DNA from: Anthoceros angustus | Taxonomy: Eukaryota; Plantae; Anthocerotophyta | DNA length: 64,000 nucleotides | Reading direction: 5' to 3' | Assembly (NCBI GenBank): GCA_010909165.1 | Contig: MU008167.1 | Span: forward strand, 992,001 to 1,056,000 | Shown: in pieces, positions 36,501-51,900 of the stretch | How positions within the stretch are numbered: the stretch's first letter is position 1 | Layout: every line of letters starts with the position of its first letter | Position numbers and translations under genes: made by a program | The notes under the pieces: model-generated | What the model saw: only the letters and a program-made list of their open reading frames with translations | Told to the model about the DNA's origin: nothing | The model's database searches: none

Positions 36501-39207
36501 ACTACTCACGTTACACTTGGGTGTATCCACTCCGCTTGAAAAGTGATGCATTTGAGTGTATTGAAACTTGGATTGCAATGGTCCAACGACAAACAGGACA
36601 TCTGGTAAAATGCTTCCGTTCAGATAACGGAGGAGAGTTTGCTGGACATCAGTATGATGTTCTCTTTGAGGCACATGGCATCATTCGTCAGCTCTCAATT
36701 CCCTATACTCAGCAACAAAATGGAGTAGCAGAAAGAAAGAACCAGACCCTTATGGGTATGACCAGAAGTTTGCTTGGCTGGGCAGGGTTGCCTAAGCAAT
36801 ATTGGGCTGAAGCTCTTACCACCGCAGCTTATATCTTAAATCGAGTGCTCACTACCAGTGTGCCCGGTAAGACACCATATGAAGCCTTCTGGAAGAAGAA
36901 ACCAAATCTGATGCACTTACGGGTATTTGGCTCTACAGCGTATGCTTATGTCCCTAAACAGAAACGCCGCAAGTTAGATGACAGGGCCCGGCCCTTACTA
37001 TTTCTCGGCTATTCTGAGGTCTCCAAAGCATACAAATTGTATGAGCCTGCAACCCGGAGAGTGGTGCTAGCTCGCAGTGTTACTTTTGACGAGATCTCTT
37101 CACCACGCAAAGGTTTAAAGACATACTAAATTTGGAACTAACATACCTGTTCTCACGGACTCTGAACAACAAAAGCCTGATGACGCTGACAGTGGGAGTT
37201 CTGATGTTTCAACTGGAGCACTTCCTACTTATGTACCTGCAGTCATGCCCCCACAACATGTTATCCCACAGCCAGCTGTTCATTACCCTGATTCTGATGG
37301 AGAAGATTTGTTACCTCCGCTGCATGATGACAACACTGTGGATGATGCTGCAGGAGATATAGGAGATCCTCCTGTTGAGCAAGGTTTTCTGGATGGTCAG
37401 GATGCCCGTTCAGACTCTACAGGCTCTTTACTGGGTTCAGAGGATGTTGAGGTTTATTCTGAAGCGGAGTTACCTGAAGTGGGAGTCCCGGTTCCTGAAC
37501 CTGTTGATGTAGATGAACCACGGTATCCAGTTCGTGAGAGAAGACCTTGTGAGCAATGGACTGAACCTCCTTATCAGTCTATTGACTTTCGTCGGGGTGC
37601 ACAGGCTCATGTTTCTGATCTTCATGTACCTGAGGTGCGTCCAGATCCACAGTCCTATGACGACGCTATCAATGGACCTGATGGTATTCATTGGACAAAG
37701 TCAATAGATGATGAATATGGGTCTCTGATTAAAAATAAAACATGGGAGTTAGTCGACCTACCAGCAGGAAGGAAACCTATAAGCTGTAAATGGGTTTTCA
37801 AAACCAAGCTCAAGGCAGATGGGACAATAGCTCGCTACAAGTCTCGTCTTGTCGCTCGAGGTTTCAGTCAGATTCCTGGCATAGACTACGGGGATACTTT
37901 TTCCCCTGTGGTCAAACCTCCCTCCATTCGTATCTTGCTGGCCATGGCAGCTGAATATGACCTGGAAGTCCAACAGATGGACGTGTGCACCGCCTTCCTG
38001 CATGGCGAGCTCGAAGAGGACCTGTACATGGAGCAACCCCAAGGCTATATTAGCCCCAAAACAGCAAAGAAAGTGTGTAAACTTCTTAAGACCATCTACG
38101 GGTTAAAGCAATCTCCACGTGCTTGGTATAAACGAATTATGAAGTATCTACGTAAACTTGGTTTTCTACAATCACCAGCGGACACCAATGTGTTTTACTT
38201 AGCTGATGGTTCTCTGTTTGTTATTCTTGCGCTGTATGTGGACGACTGCGTTCTTCTGAGCAATAGCACAGCTCAACTTGATAAAGTTAGAGACATGCTT
38301 CGCCAAGAGTTTGAGATGACTGACCAGGGTGATCTTCAGTTCTGTTTAGGTATACAGATCCTGCGCAGACGTTCTCATGGTCAGGTTATTCTCCATCAAA
38401 CAAAGTACATCAAGGAGATTCTTAAACGCTTTCACCTGGATGGGGCGAAGCCAGTGACCACTCCCTCTGCAGTGGGGGAGAAACTAACAGCCCTTATGTC
38501 ACCCCAAACTGATCAAGAGTCACGACATGCACTCCCATATCTGAGGCGGTGGTCGTCTTATTTTCACAGCTAATTGGACCAGGCCGACATCGCCTACCTC
38601 CTCTATGGTCTCGCAGTTTCTTAAGTCTCACAGTCACAGACTGGTCATGATTAAGCGTATATATCGATATCTCAAAGGGACTATTTCCTATGGGCTACAT
38701 TACACACGAACTGGAAGCAACAAGTTGGAGCTTATCTCTTTTGCTGACGCGGATTGGGCCTCGGATGCTGACACAAGGAAGAGCTTGTCAGCATATTGTT
38801 TTATCTTGGCCTCGGGGACTATCAGCTGGAGCTGCAAAAAACAGACTTCTTTGGCATTGTCATCCACTGAGGCTGAATATAAAGCCCTCACTGATGCCTG
38901 TAAGGAAGCTGAGTGGGAGAGGCAGTTTCTGGAGTCAGTAGATCAAACACAGACAGGTCCCACGATGATGATGTGTGACAACATGAGCGCAATTGCCCTC
39001 GTCTCTAATCCAAGATTTCATGCAAGGACTAAGCATATTGAACTCTATCATCACTATATTAGGGATGCTGCAGAACGGGGAATTGTAAAGGTTGAGTATG
39101 TGAGCACGCAAGACAATACTGCCGACATATTTACTAAGGGACTTCCAAAATCAAAGCATTTTCAACACATGGCTGCTTTGGGCCTTATGGAGTTCAGCTA
39201 TCCCTAA
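33576..39207 (+). CDS. copia-C gag-pol (apparent frameshifts and ~1.17-kb internal duplication)
   Basis: EFKEKDRFDGKPVNYESWRARMK, CNWCLIPGHWERD, WFIDSGATSHVC, LWHARLGH, LELVHVDIAG, FRSDNGGEF, YVDD, DADWASDADTRKS, RTKHIELYHHYIRD, ADIFTKGL. Confidence 0.93.
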
Positions 39208-39456
39208 AAGCAAAAACAGACTGCAACTCTGTGCAGGCCTAGGACTAGCTTCCTCTCAAGTTTTGTGCACACCACACAAGAAGGGTTGCACCTTAGTGGC
39301 ACTCACCGCATCTCCACTAGCGGACTTCAGTTGTCACGAGGAGCCACCTTTGGCTCATATCCCTCCTGTGCAGCACAGAGTAAGGTCGTCAGCATGGCTG
39401 TTTAGAGGATGAAGCATACAGATGAATTCAATCGTAAACAGTACATGGATAGTAAA

Positions 39457-40170
39457 TTACACATGGTTAGGTTCTTCACTCACAGGATACAGTCTCTTCC
39501 CACATAGCGGGCACAACTGGCTTCTGTAGGCACACACGCTGCAGTCTCTGCTACCACGGCGTCTTGTCCTGTCCTTCTCTATGTCGTCAAAGGCATGGTC
39601 AGCCATCGCCGCAGCTCGGGTCACCGCTTCTTCTACCAGGGCAGCTTGCTGACGAGCTACTTCAGCCTTCTTCACGTCTAGCAGGGCCTCCATCTCCGCC
39701 AAGGTGGCCATGACAGCTGCCACTTGTCTCTCTAGCACAGCAGCCTTGGAGATGCTCCCGTTGACTCCAACTTGAGGACGACGAGGGTTCACAGCAGCAT
39801 CTGAGTCCTCATCTGTGGTGTTAGGAGCAGGCTCGATGTTGGTCATCTCAGGCTCGGACTCCGATGAATTTATCTCAGCTGAAGCAGATGTAGCTTGCAG
39901 AGCATGGGCAGGAGGGCGCTCAGCAATTGGAAGTGCGTCCGCTGCAGGCTCCACAGCTAGCAGGGCTCCTCGGCGTGTTGCAGAACGCCCGCGTGCTCCA
40001 TTTCTTCCAGTGCTACTCGCTCCCTTCATGTTGGTGCTGCGAGGGGTGCGAGTAGGACCAGTGCTATGGGATGCCCCGGAGCGAGTTTTTATCTTCAGGT
40101 CTGTGCGAGAAATTGCTCTTGTAATCAGGATGCAAGCGCAACATAAAAGGAAGACCGTCAGGGGCTCCAT
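39457..40170 (-). CDS. Antisense ORF between pol and the 3' LTR of copia-C (237 aa)
   Basis: Intact ATG-to-stop frame; hydrophobic N-terminus, coiled-coil, C-terminal CSVC-x6-CPLC. Confidence 0.6.
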   Translation of the reverse strand: MEPLTVFLLCCACILITRAISRTDLKIKTRSGASHSTGPTRTPRSTNMKGASSTGRNGARGRSATRRGALLAVEPAADALPIAERPPAHALQATSASAEINSSESEPEMTNIEPAPNTTDEDSDAAVNPRRPQVGVNGSISKAAVLERQVAAVMATLAEMEALLDVKKAEVARQQAALVEEAVTRAAAMADHAFDDIEKDRTRRRGSRDCSVCAYRSQLCPLCGKRLYPVSEEPNHV

Positions 40171-41957
40171 GCCGCGTACGCTGGAAGTACGCTCTATTAC
40201 TGAGAGTAGCTGGGCGTAATTGTTAATGATGGTTGTGTAGACTCAAGTCAAGGTCATATAAACCATGTTGGTTTAGTGGGAGTGTTAGAGTATGAAACCT
40301 AACATAGTTTATAGCTAGTTACATAGTTATTAATCCAAGAGACACGTTTCATTTTTGTACTTAAAGAGACATCTCTCTCATTTTATTAATTCAATGCTTT
40401 TATTTACAAAGCACGCTTCCGCGTTACTTAGCATGGCGGTCCTTCAATCTCGGCAGCGTGGTGTACTGCTCCTACTGCCTTCAGGAGCTCTGCGTGATAA
40501 TACGTGAAATCGGAGGCGAACTGTTGGATGGCCTCCTCCACATGGGCTCGGAGCACTCGATATTCCCGCCGCCAGAGATTCTCCGGTAGCTAGGCGTGCC
40601 TGGTTGCTTGCTGCACCGTTCCCATCGCGAGGTCGTCAACGGTCCCGCCTCTCGTGAAGCCGTTAAGCGGCCGCCACCTTCCGAGTCGTTGCTTCTCCTT
40701 GGCGCGCTCCTCCTGCTGCTGCTTTTGCAGCTCTGCCAACTTTCGGCGACCCTCCTCTAGTCTCAAGCAGAGCTGGAGTCGCTCTATCTCCCGCTCATGA
40801 TCTCCGATCCGCCCTTGGAGGAGTCCATTCCGTTCTTCTACCACCCGGAGTCGCAGCTCCAGAGTCTCCTTCTAGCCTTCCACCTCCTGGCTCCTTCCAC
40901 ACTTCCATAGGAGTCGATCTCCTTCCTTAAAATCGACTCCTATGATATTGTAAACATTTGTGGTAGAAGAAGCCATTGCAGTGGAGATGTACTATGTTTA
41001 TACTTGCCCCGTGGATGCATGCAAGTGGATTGTGGGGATTATGAGCCACACTGCACCAGCCGCAACAACAACTTATAGCAAGGTATGTAACACCTGAGGT
41101 TAGGTTGAGATGTAACCAAGTGGTAACTGTGCTTTGTAGGAAATCGTTCCTGCCAACATACACCGTGACTTGCAGTCCGGTCTTTTGTCCCTAAAACAGT
41201 ACACCGCTTCATATCTGAGGGGGAGGAGGGGTTTGATCTCTCCGAAAAATTGAGGATTTGTTCCCTGGCCTACTATGAGAGCTCAAGCATGGAGATGAGA
41301 ATGTCAATCGTGACATGAATCTGGTTGATTGCTTCAAGAACCACCCCAGATGTCGATCGGGCATCCAATTACATTTGTAAGCTGTAGGCCAATTCCTTGA
41401 CCCAATGATGTTGGTTTGGGCACTGATTGGTGTAGGTCTTACGGAATTCCTTCTTTGGTTGAATCGTTCTTTTCCTTGTGAATTCCTCCTATCCAGATCT
41501 TGAGGCAGGGACACCCAATTTGGGTGAGTATTGATCTTGCTATGCCCACGTCGTGGGGGTGCAAACTTCAATTGGATTGCTGGGAAATTGTTCCTTCATT
41601 GTTGATAGGAGGGGCCATGCGCCGCGCGCCATTGCCCCTTCTCCTTCTCATACTTTATTTGATAAGCAAGTTAGTGTTTACGATACGCATCTTCATCACT
41701 TCAGTCCCGATCGAGGTTCTCGGCATCCCGCATCATGATCTGAGGATCAGGTGCTCGGATACCAAGTTATTATGAGCTGTGGCAAATATAAATACGAAAC
41801 CTAAATATTTCGTCCACGTTCTTGATCTTCCTTTCCTTCCCTTTTCTCTCGTTCTTCCTTCCCTCGTCCTTTACGGAGACGGTGGTCCTCGCCCCACCCC
41901 TCGTCCTTTACGCAAACGCTGGTCCCTGCCAGGGTGTCATTTTGAACCTTTTATGAA

Positions 41958-42100
41958 CCCTCGGTCCCCCAGGGTAATAGGGGACCGAGGGTGGGGACCG
42001 GACTCTTGAAGAACCTCCGGTCCCATGTTTTTTTTAACACATGTCGGGACCGGGACCGAGCTTGGGACGGGGTCAAAGTGACACCCTGGTCCCTGCCCCA
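41958..42100. repeat. Cluster of GGTCCC/GGGACC motifs with a 12-bp perfect inverted repeat
   Basis: CCCTCGGTCCCC (41958-41969) / GGGGACCGAGGG (41980-41991) and several more GGGACC/GGTCCC copies; resembles a DNA-transposon subterminal region. Confidence 0.5.
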
Positions 42101-42497
42101 TCGCCATCTATGGAGATGACATGTGGATGGGGCGAGAGCGGAAGTCTGGAGATGGGGCGCATGGCGATGCGATATGGATGGGGCGTGAGGTGGATAGATC
42201 GGTGAAGTTGGTGGGTCCCACGTCTACACACAAGTGCGCTAATATTAATGAACTTGACCAGTTTTTGGAGAGCATTAATAACGTTGACGAGTTTTTTTCA
42301 GCCGGCCGTATTGATCCGCTACCATTATACGCCGTCATGATGGCGGAACCAGCTATCTAAGCTAAGGCATGGTATTGGCAAGAGGTGGCAGAGAGACGAA
42401 GATTAAGAAGAATCGAGGGAAAACTCGGCTTTCTGATGATAATTAAGATAATTACGTAGGAAGATGTTGCACTGCATGAAACCTGGTAGAATGAACA

Positions 42498-45400
42498 CTA
42501 CTCGCTCTGAGAAGCTTCGTCATCACCTTCTTCCAGGGCTGCAGATCCATGTCCGGCCTTGTAAGCTGCCATCTGCTCTTGGTAGCGGTCTCTGGCAGCC
42601 TTTGCCTTTGCCTCGTAAGGCTCCCTTTCTTTGGCTGCAGGCAACGTAGGGCAGCAGGCAATCAATTACCCCACCACCTTGTGTTCGAGGTGGATTGGAA
42701 GCAAAGCAAAGCAAAAACTGCAAGGTTAATAGGTTCTTCACATGTACCTGACATATTTTTCCACCTCTCGCCCAGAATCCTGCCTACCTCCCCGAAAGAA
42801 GCTCCTGGCTTGGAGTTTTTGACACCCTGGAAAGCAGCCAAAGCAATTAGACGAGCCTCAGGGGCTTTTGTGACAGAACATGACCACGCTGTGAGAAGGG
42901 CTGTGGGATGCAGTGGCATGGTACCCCTCTGTGTTCCATCGAAAATGACATAAAGCTTGTAAGGGCCCGCTTGGGTGCATTTGGATCCTTTTTCTTTCTC
43001 TTCTTCTTCTGCCCACCATCTCTCTCTTCCACATCCTTCTTCTTGCTCTTTGTGGGAGGTCGTGTAGTTCCTTCTTTCCTTTTCTTCTCTATCTTGGATG
43101 GCCTTTCCTGCAGAGTAGACCATGCTGATGAGCACACAGATGTAAGTTGCCTATGGCGGGTCAACCAGAGACGTCACCTCTTCCTCCTCTAGAGGACCAG
43201 CACTTGCACTGGCACTTGCATCAGAGCCTTCGTCCTCTGAAGCATCAGTCGGAGACCCTGAATCATCCTTATCCGCCACGAAATCCTCATCCTGAAGGGG
43301 TATAAAAGTTTGAATCAGCAAATGCAAATAATTGCTATGCACAGCAAAAGCAAACTTCAGGTTGTACCTCCTCGTCACTGTTAACATCGTCCCCATCAGC
43401 TTCACGAGCATTACGAATTCGAGTAAGATGAGGGTCTACTCCTTCATCATCAGAGCTCGCCAACGCTGCCACCACTCCACTTGTACCTTTCGTATCTCCC
43501 AGATTTAAAATATTCAGCTTCTTAGAGCTGCAGACGGACAGACATTTGTCAAAACGTAAAAGCCAAACCCACCAACACCCAGCTCATATGTGACAACAGA
43601 TAAACCTGATGAAATTGAAGAGATGATGGTACTCATTTCGCTGAATGTTGCGAAACTGATATTCCTGCTCGCTCTTCAGTCGAAGAATCAAATCAAAATA
43701 GTGTGATGACATGCCAGTTGCACCTGCTGCTCCATGCCGCTCGAATTCAACATACTCAATCTGCAGGGGGGATAGCACTGACTCCTCATTTCCCAGAAAA
43801 AGAAGATCACCATGTTAATGCATAAGTTAATCTACTTATCTCACCTCATCGTGAAGAACAAGAGTAGGAGGCTTCGGCAAAAAGAAGAAACTCTTTTCGA
43901 GTGGGTACAAATTGCCTTCCTCCGCCTTAAGAGATGCTCGAACAGCCATACTTTTCTGACTGCTGAGAAATTTCCCTGGTCTGCTTACCTTCGAGCCGGA
44001 GAGTCCACATAGTATCTGGGTGAACACGTCGTGTGTATATCCCTTAGGACAAGGGACAAGGGAAGGTCACCGGGTCAGTTCGTTCAGCCAATTTTCTCTG
44101 GTGAATCACAAGGTTCCAGGTTCTAACCTTGTAGTTGGAATTCAACCGATCTTTATACTTGGTGCTGAGGAGTTCCTCGGAAATGGAAATGGGGCACTCC
44201 GACATTTCTTCGGTTGGAAACTACACGAAGGAGGTTGTATACAGGTCAGGATTCCATGGTTCGAACTGAGAATGCATTGAACAGGGAATGAGCAGCAATC
44301 AAGTATCAGACCTGTAATACTATGTGCGGGTAGAATGTCTGGCCCTTTCTGATTGGAGGATCCAAGGTTATCACCACAAATGTAAACGCCTGTGTGGGCT
44401 GTTACGAAAAGAAGCAACCTTGGATTAATAAAAGCAGACATGATAAGTATGCGTTGCACGCACAGGAGGGTCCATCCACAACACACAGAGAGCACCTTCA
44501 GGACGTGGGAAGATAATACCTTAGGTAACACAAAGAGGCGGACTATGCTACTGTACTGAATCTTGAAGTCATTAGCCCCCTGAAGCCTCAAAAACGATAT
44601 GTGGAATTCCACCGTATACTTGCCCCTACAACCGTTTGATTGGAGACAAAACTGAGAAGAGGCTCGAATGAAGTTGAGCCGTTTTGACTGTCAAATGACC
44701 AATGAACAATACCTTGGAGTCAAAATGCCGACTTCTTCAAACGTAGCAATAGCTTCTGCACCTGATGGTCCCACATCAGCCATCGCCAAGATCTTATCAC
44801 GAAACACCTGGGGCATTTCACGCCTTTAAGCTCTCAGCAACGCAAACTTTCGTAGAACCATCAAATATACATGCTCCGGACAATCAAAAGCATGAAACCA
44901 TCGAAATCTCTGCATTCCACCTCTGCAGAAGGACGCTCCTCATCACCAACATACGTGGCATTGGTGTTTGGTACATGGAAACTCAGCTCCATAAGCGTAT
45001 CTTTCTGGAAAACAAGACAAGGGTTGAACTCAGAAACAAAGTCACCCCGCACAGAACCCCTTCTGATCATCGTATTCTGTACCTCATTCGCTCCTGTGGT
45101 GTCATCCACATGAAACTCCAGCACAACATCATTTTTCCCTGATATCTGTGTCTGTGATACATCAGCTATGGACACCTCAAAAGCGTGCTTGTCCCCGACA
45201 ACAAAGGAAAGAGTATTTCCTGCAACAAAGTGAAGTCAGTTCAGTAACAGCAAGCTGACCCTGTCAGCAAAAGCTAAACAGAAACAATACCGTCAAGCTT
45301 GGCTTCTCCCCAATTTCGGCCCGCAATGGCAAGCTGCTTGTTCTCAGGCATAACATCCATGTGTAATGACATAAAATCATTGAGGCTCTGGACATCCTGC

Positions 45401-45825
45401 GAACCATTTTGGGCAGCTTAAAGACGTCAATGAATCGCAGATAAAGTGACACGGTATGAGGACCTGACAGCTGCAACAGCCCTGGAAATCAACCTGCTCC
45501 CGAAACCCATTGAACTGGACGTTTGAGCCTGCTTTCAACCTCAGGCCCAGCTGATAGCCTCGTGGTATCCGAGTCCACCATAGACCAGCTAGATCAACTT
45601 TGGATACTTCCACAACCTTGCCACCTCCTTGCTTCTTCCATACGAAACCTCCAATATGAATTCTGAACTGCCCTGAATGCTGCAAAGCGCATCACGCTCA
45701 AACTGAGCCAACATACTATTGGAGACTGAAATACGCAATTTCCTGGGCAAACGGCCGACGCACATCACCTGCCCGGAGCGTCCGCCAAGCAGGATGTTGT
45801 TCACGACCGGCCCAGCGTCGCCCAT
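42498..45825 (-). CDS. SSRP1: FACT complex subunit SSRP1 (multi-exon, C-terminal HMG box)
   Basis: [105 protein letters not shown]; TAG at 42498-42500. Confidence 0.95.
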
Positions 45826-46266
45826 CGTTTCTCCGGCCAAAGGACCGACCTTCTCGGGGTCCGTGCTGCTCAAATCTCTTCTACTGCTGAGTAGACGCGA
45901 ATTTCGTATTATGTTTTTTTTGTGTCAAATCCTTCGTCAGGACATGTCGTTCGGCGGCAACAAGTGCAAACACCATATATTGCAACCATAGCTGGCACAT
46001 CGTATGCTTCGTCGAACTGCCCTTCTGGGGCGTCACATTCCTGCAGCCTCTTCTTACAATTTTTCCAAGGGGTCCTAGCCTTCCTTCATGTTGGCAGCAG
46101 TGTCCCGGTTCCTAGGGCATCGGACGATGACAATGTAGACGCTCTATCATCTGAAACTATTTCATGTTTACTCCGAAGCTCCTCTACGCTGGGCTGTGCA
46201 GCCGAAGTGCACTGACGAGTTACATGAAACCGGAGCTTCTACATGGACTTCAGTGGACTTAGCCCA

Positions 46267-48368
<2,102 letters not shown>

Positions 48369-48720
48369 TCTTGCTAGAACACGATGCTCTGCACAGGATC
48401 CGGGAGCCGAGAAGAAGCTCTGCTGAATTCGGTGGAGGCGCAATCGAGACGCAGCTCGAATCTGTCAAATCCCGAGAAGGGAATTGGCGTGGAGAATATT
48501 AGAAAGCGCGCAGCGAGAAACGAGGCGGCGATGGCGAAGTGGCAAGCGGGAGTGCAAGAAATGCGCAGTCCGAATTCGGCGCGAGTCGTGAAAAGAGATG
48601 GTTACACGGCAATAGCTCGGCGGTGGCTGGAGCAAGGCCGAAGAAGGCGAGCAGGCGTGCCATTGCCACCTTCCGCTTCCTCTGCTCTCGCCACATGGGC
48701 AGGGGTCGTTGCGCTCATCT

Positions 48721-48780
48721 CGACACGTCATTTGCGTCACCCGCTTTTCCCGACACGTCATTTGCGTCACCCGCTTTTCC
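48721..48780. promoter_or_regulatory. Perfect 30-bp tandem duplication upstream of GAPC containing ACGT and TGACG cores
   Basis: CGACACGTCATTTGCGTCACCCGCTTTTCC x2; regulatory role inferred from motif content and position. Confidence 0.55.
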
Positions 48781-48954
48781 CCTGTTCAGCATGCAGGGAG
48801 CAACGGGCTGGAAGGAAGTCCAAAGCTGCCGAGGACCTACGACACTCGGAGGTGTAAAAATTCATCCTCACGGGACTTACAATAATGTGTTTGCATGTAA
48901 AAGTATGTAGATATGTACATGCAGGATTTGAGCTTCACGTCTGGAATGGGATCT

Positions 48955-51900
48955 CTACAGAATGAATCTGGAAACGTCGGTTTTGTGAAGGAGGTCTCCT
49001 ACGGATCGCCTGACCTTCTGCACCCGAACGAGTTTAATAACGGATCGCTCTGTCAGAACTGATTGATGGGATGGATGCGAAGATATAGAGAAACGGGGTT
49101 GGGATGGTAGAATACCTCCTTGTCGACAGTGTATGTCTGGCCCGACCTTTCAGGAGCATGGAAGCTGATGTCTTCAACGACCCTCTCTATTACCTGCACA
49201 GTTAAGGAGTAGGGAATCAGAAACGCTTCGCTGTGTCTTCCTCCTGCGTAGAGAGCTGCTGAAGGGCACTTACTGTGTGCAGTCTCCTTGCGCCGATGTT
49301 GTCCAGAGATCTGTTCACCTGGTGTGACCATGGAGAACGGGAGAGAGCGTGTCAGACCCTTGAGAGCAATGAAGTCAGTGCATCGATGGACCAAGATTTT
49401 CCTGCACGCACCTCTGCTGCAACAACGGCAAGCTCGTTGATTGCCTCGTCGGTGAATATCAGCTCAATGTCCTCAGTCTTCATCAGCAGTTGCTGTTGTT
49501 TGATCATGTTGGTCTCAGGCTCCGTCAATATACGATAAAGATCCTGAACAAGCCGCCCAGTAAGAATAATTTCATCCAAAACGGCCCGGGTCGCGTTTAC
49601 AGAAAATGCGGAAGATGTAAACTGCTGGCTGGTGCACCTCTTGAGTGAGCCCTTTGAGCTCCACACGGATGGGCAGCCGGCCTTGCAGCTCAGCTAGCAT
49701 GTCACTAGGCTTGCAGGCATGAAAGGCTCCACTGCAGATGAAGAGGATATGGTCGGTGTTCACATTTCCGTACTTGGTACAGACAGTGCTGAAACGTCAA
49801 TACGCCATGTCAGCTCAGCTCAGCAAAGCATACATATTAGAGGTTGCATTTGACGCAATATATTCTGATGAACCCGGAAAAATACCTGCCCTCAATGATA
49901 GGAAGCAAGTCTCTCTGGACACCTTCCGAACTAGCATCTGCACCATGTCTTGTCTCGCTGCTTGTTACAATCTTGTCTATTTCATCAATGAACACAATAC
50001 CATCCGACTCTGCCAACTGCGACAATGATTTAGCAAAACTCCTAGGCATTCCCAGTTGCTCTACAATACCGGAAAGAACTTGATCTGGTCAACATTGTCA
50101 CAACCTACCCCAACGCTGACCTGAATAGCATCTTTTGTAATCTGATCCGAGTTCAAATGCTTCTCCATCTCTATTTCAATCAGTAAAGGCCTTGCTTCCC
50201 CAATAGTTATCTCTCTCCTTTCTGTTTTATGAGACTTGAACACCTTCTCCATCTGCAAGAGTGAACGGTGACAACAAACACATCAAGAGCAAGACTATGG
50301 GCTGGATTGGCACCTTCCACAAGACATCCATCAATCTCTTCTAACTACAAAGCCACATCTGGGAACTAGAGTCAGCTTGAATGAGCTCACATCGAAAGCT
50401 AGCTTACCCTATAAATTAACTCATTAACTGCAAAGCCACCACCGCTACTCATGATATCCACAGGGACACGAACTCTTCCGTCAGGAATATCCAGCTGAAT
50501 TTTGCGATTATCTATGCTGCCGGACCTGTACAGTTTCCTAAACATTTCTGATGCATCTCGTGAACTGCCTCCAGAGTCACCCTGCTCGACAGAATATCAC
50601 AAAAGAAACTGCTCAGAGAAGCTCGCCAGAATCCAGCTCTCAAGTGACTTCTGCACGTCCGTATAGCAGAGGCAAATCAGCACCTCTGTCGACTGCTGTG
50701 CGCCAATCAAAGTATCCAGAATTCGATTTTCCACTGTCTTTTCAATCTCCTTTGCAATCCTCGTGCGCACCTGAATAAGATCATTCAGGCCAAACAATGC
50801 ATAAACTGCCACCATATGGCTCCTCCTAGCCCCCAGCACATGAAAAACTAACAATCTGCACCTGCAATCATACCTTTTGCCGCTGCAAGGATATCGCGTT
50901 ATCTACAAGGTCCCGGATGATCTGGTCCACATCACGACCATGAAAACCAACCTCTGTAAACTTTGTGGCCTCCACCTGCAATTGCAAATAGCTCCGATCA
51001 AGAAGATAACAAGAATCACTTCGCCCAAAAGGGGTAACCGTAGTTGAGCTGAACAGAAGCAGCTCTGCTTTGGTAACACCCAATGCGGGAAGGTGTGCAT
51101 ATCTATCGACTAGATAGCTGTACCTTCACAAAAGGTGCATAGGCCAATTTAGCTAAACGCCGGGCAATTTCTGTCTTCCCACACCCTGTGGGACCAATCA
51201 TGAGAATATTTTTGGGTACAATCTCTGCCCTAAGATGCGCAGGAATTTTGTGCCGTCGCCACCTGTTGCCTGTCAAGCATCATATAATCTATAAGAGCCT
51301 CCACACGGTACAGGGAAATCAGGCGTCCTCAAGCATAATCACACCTTCTGCAGATCGGTTGGAGGCGGAGGGGTTCTACACACAAGCTAAGTAATGGCTT
51401 TCACATCTGCTGGGCATGCAAGCACATTCCGGATTCGGTGCTAAGCATGACAACAGTGTAAAGATCACCATACAGAGTGACCTACACATTTGTGAAGTAG
51501 ATCACACAAGAGGCAGCAGCAAGGCTTGGAAGCGCATACGCAGAGCCACTGCCACCGCGCGTTTGGCTTCAGTTTGTCCAACAATATATCGGTCCAGCAT
51601 CTCCACGACTTTTGCAGGAGTCAGTGCATCCGCCCCACTATCATCTGCAGCCCACGCCCTCCCTCTGTAAACCTCCAAATCCAAAAAAAAATCACACACG
51701 ACACCAAATCACAGCTAAGACTCAATCCCACACAGTACCTGAAAAATCCGTTTCGGAGGCACCTTCCAGAACAGGGAAATCAGCATGATCGGGCGTTATT
51801 AGCACAGTCCCATCGACCTGTGCAGATCTGCAGCACAAGGCCACTGTCAACTCCAATTCCATCATCCAGACACCCTAACCAGTACCATCCCACACAAAGT

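Larger units (their letters stand above)
32350..40433 (+). mobile_element. Young full-length Ty1/copia (copia-C), ~8.1 kb
   Basis: Identical 151-bp LTRs (32350-32500, 40283-40433; TG...CA); TSD TGGCG on both sides; PBS TGGTATCAGAGC at 32501; PPT before 40283. Confidence 0.97.
31447..40930 (-). mobile_element. Internal region of that truncated element (31447-32349 plus ~40434-40930), interrupted by copia-C
   Basis: Sequence is continuous across the TGGCG TSD; E/R-rich coiled-coil ORF remnant at 40590-40844; GC-rich short repeats at 31840-31960. Right boundary uncertain. Confidence 0.45.

Noticed and set aside
41157-41161. CATAC as the right-hand TSD of the LTR element inserted at 30737
   Set aside because: It is preceded by CCAA rather than an LTR end, and the downstream sequence does not clearly continue with HEDID; likely chance.
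48499-48910. Plastid transit peptide making this GAPCp
   Set aside because: An ATG G|GT micro-exon at 48368-48365 splices in frame to GSEGKIKLGING, the cytosolic GAPC structure; the upstream ORFs are UTR or promoter.
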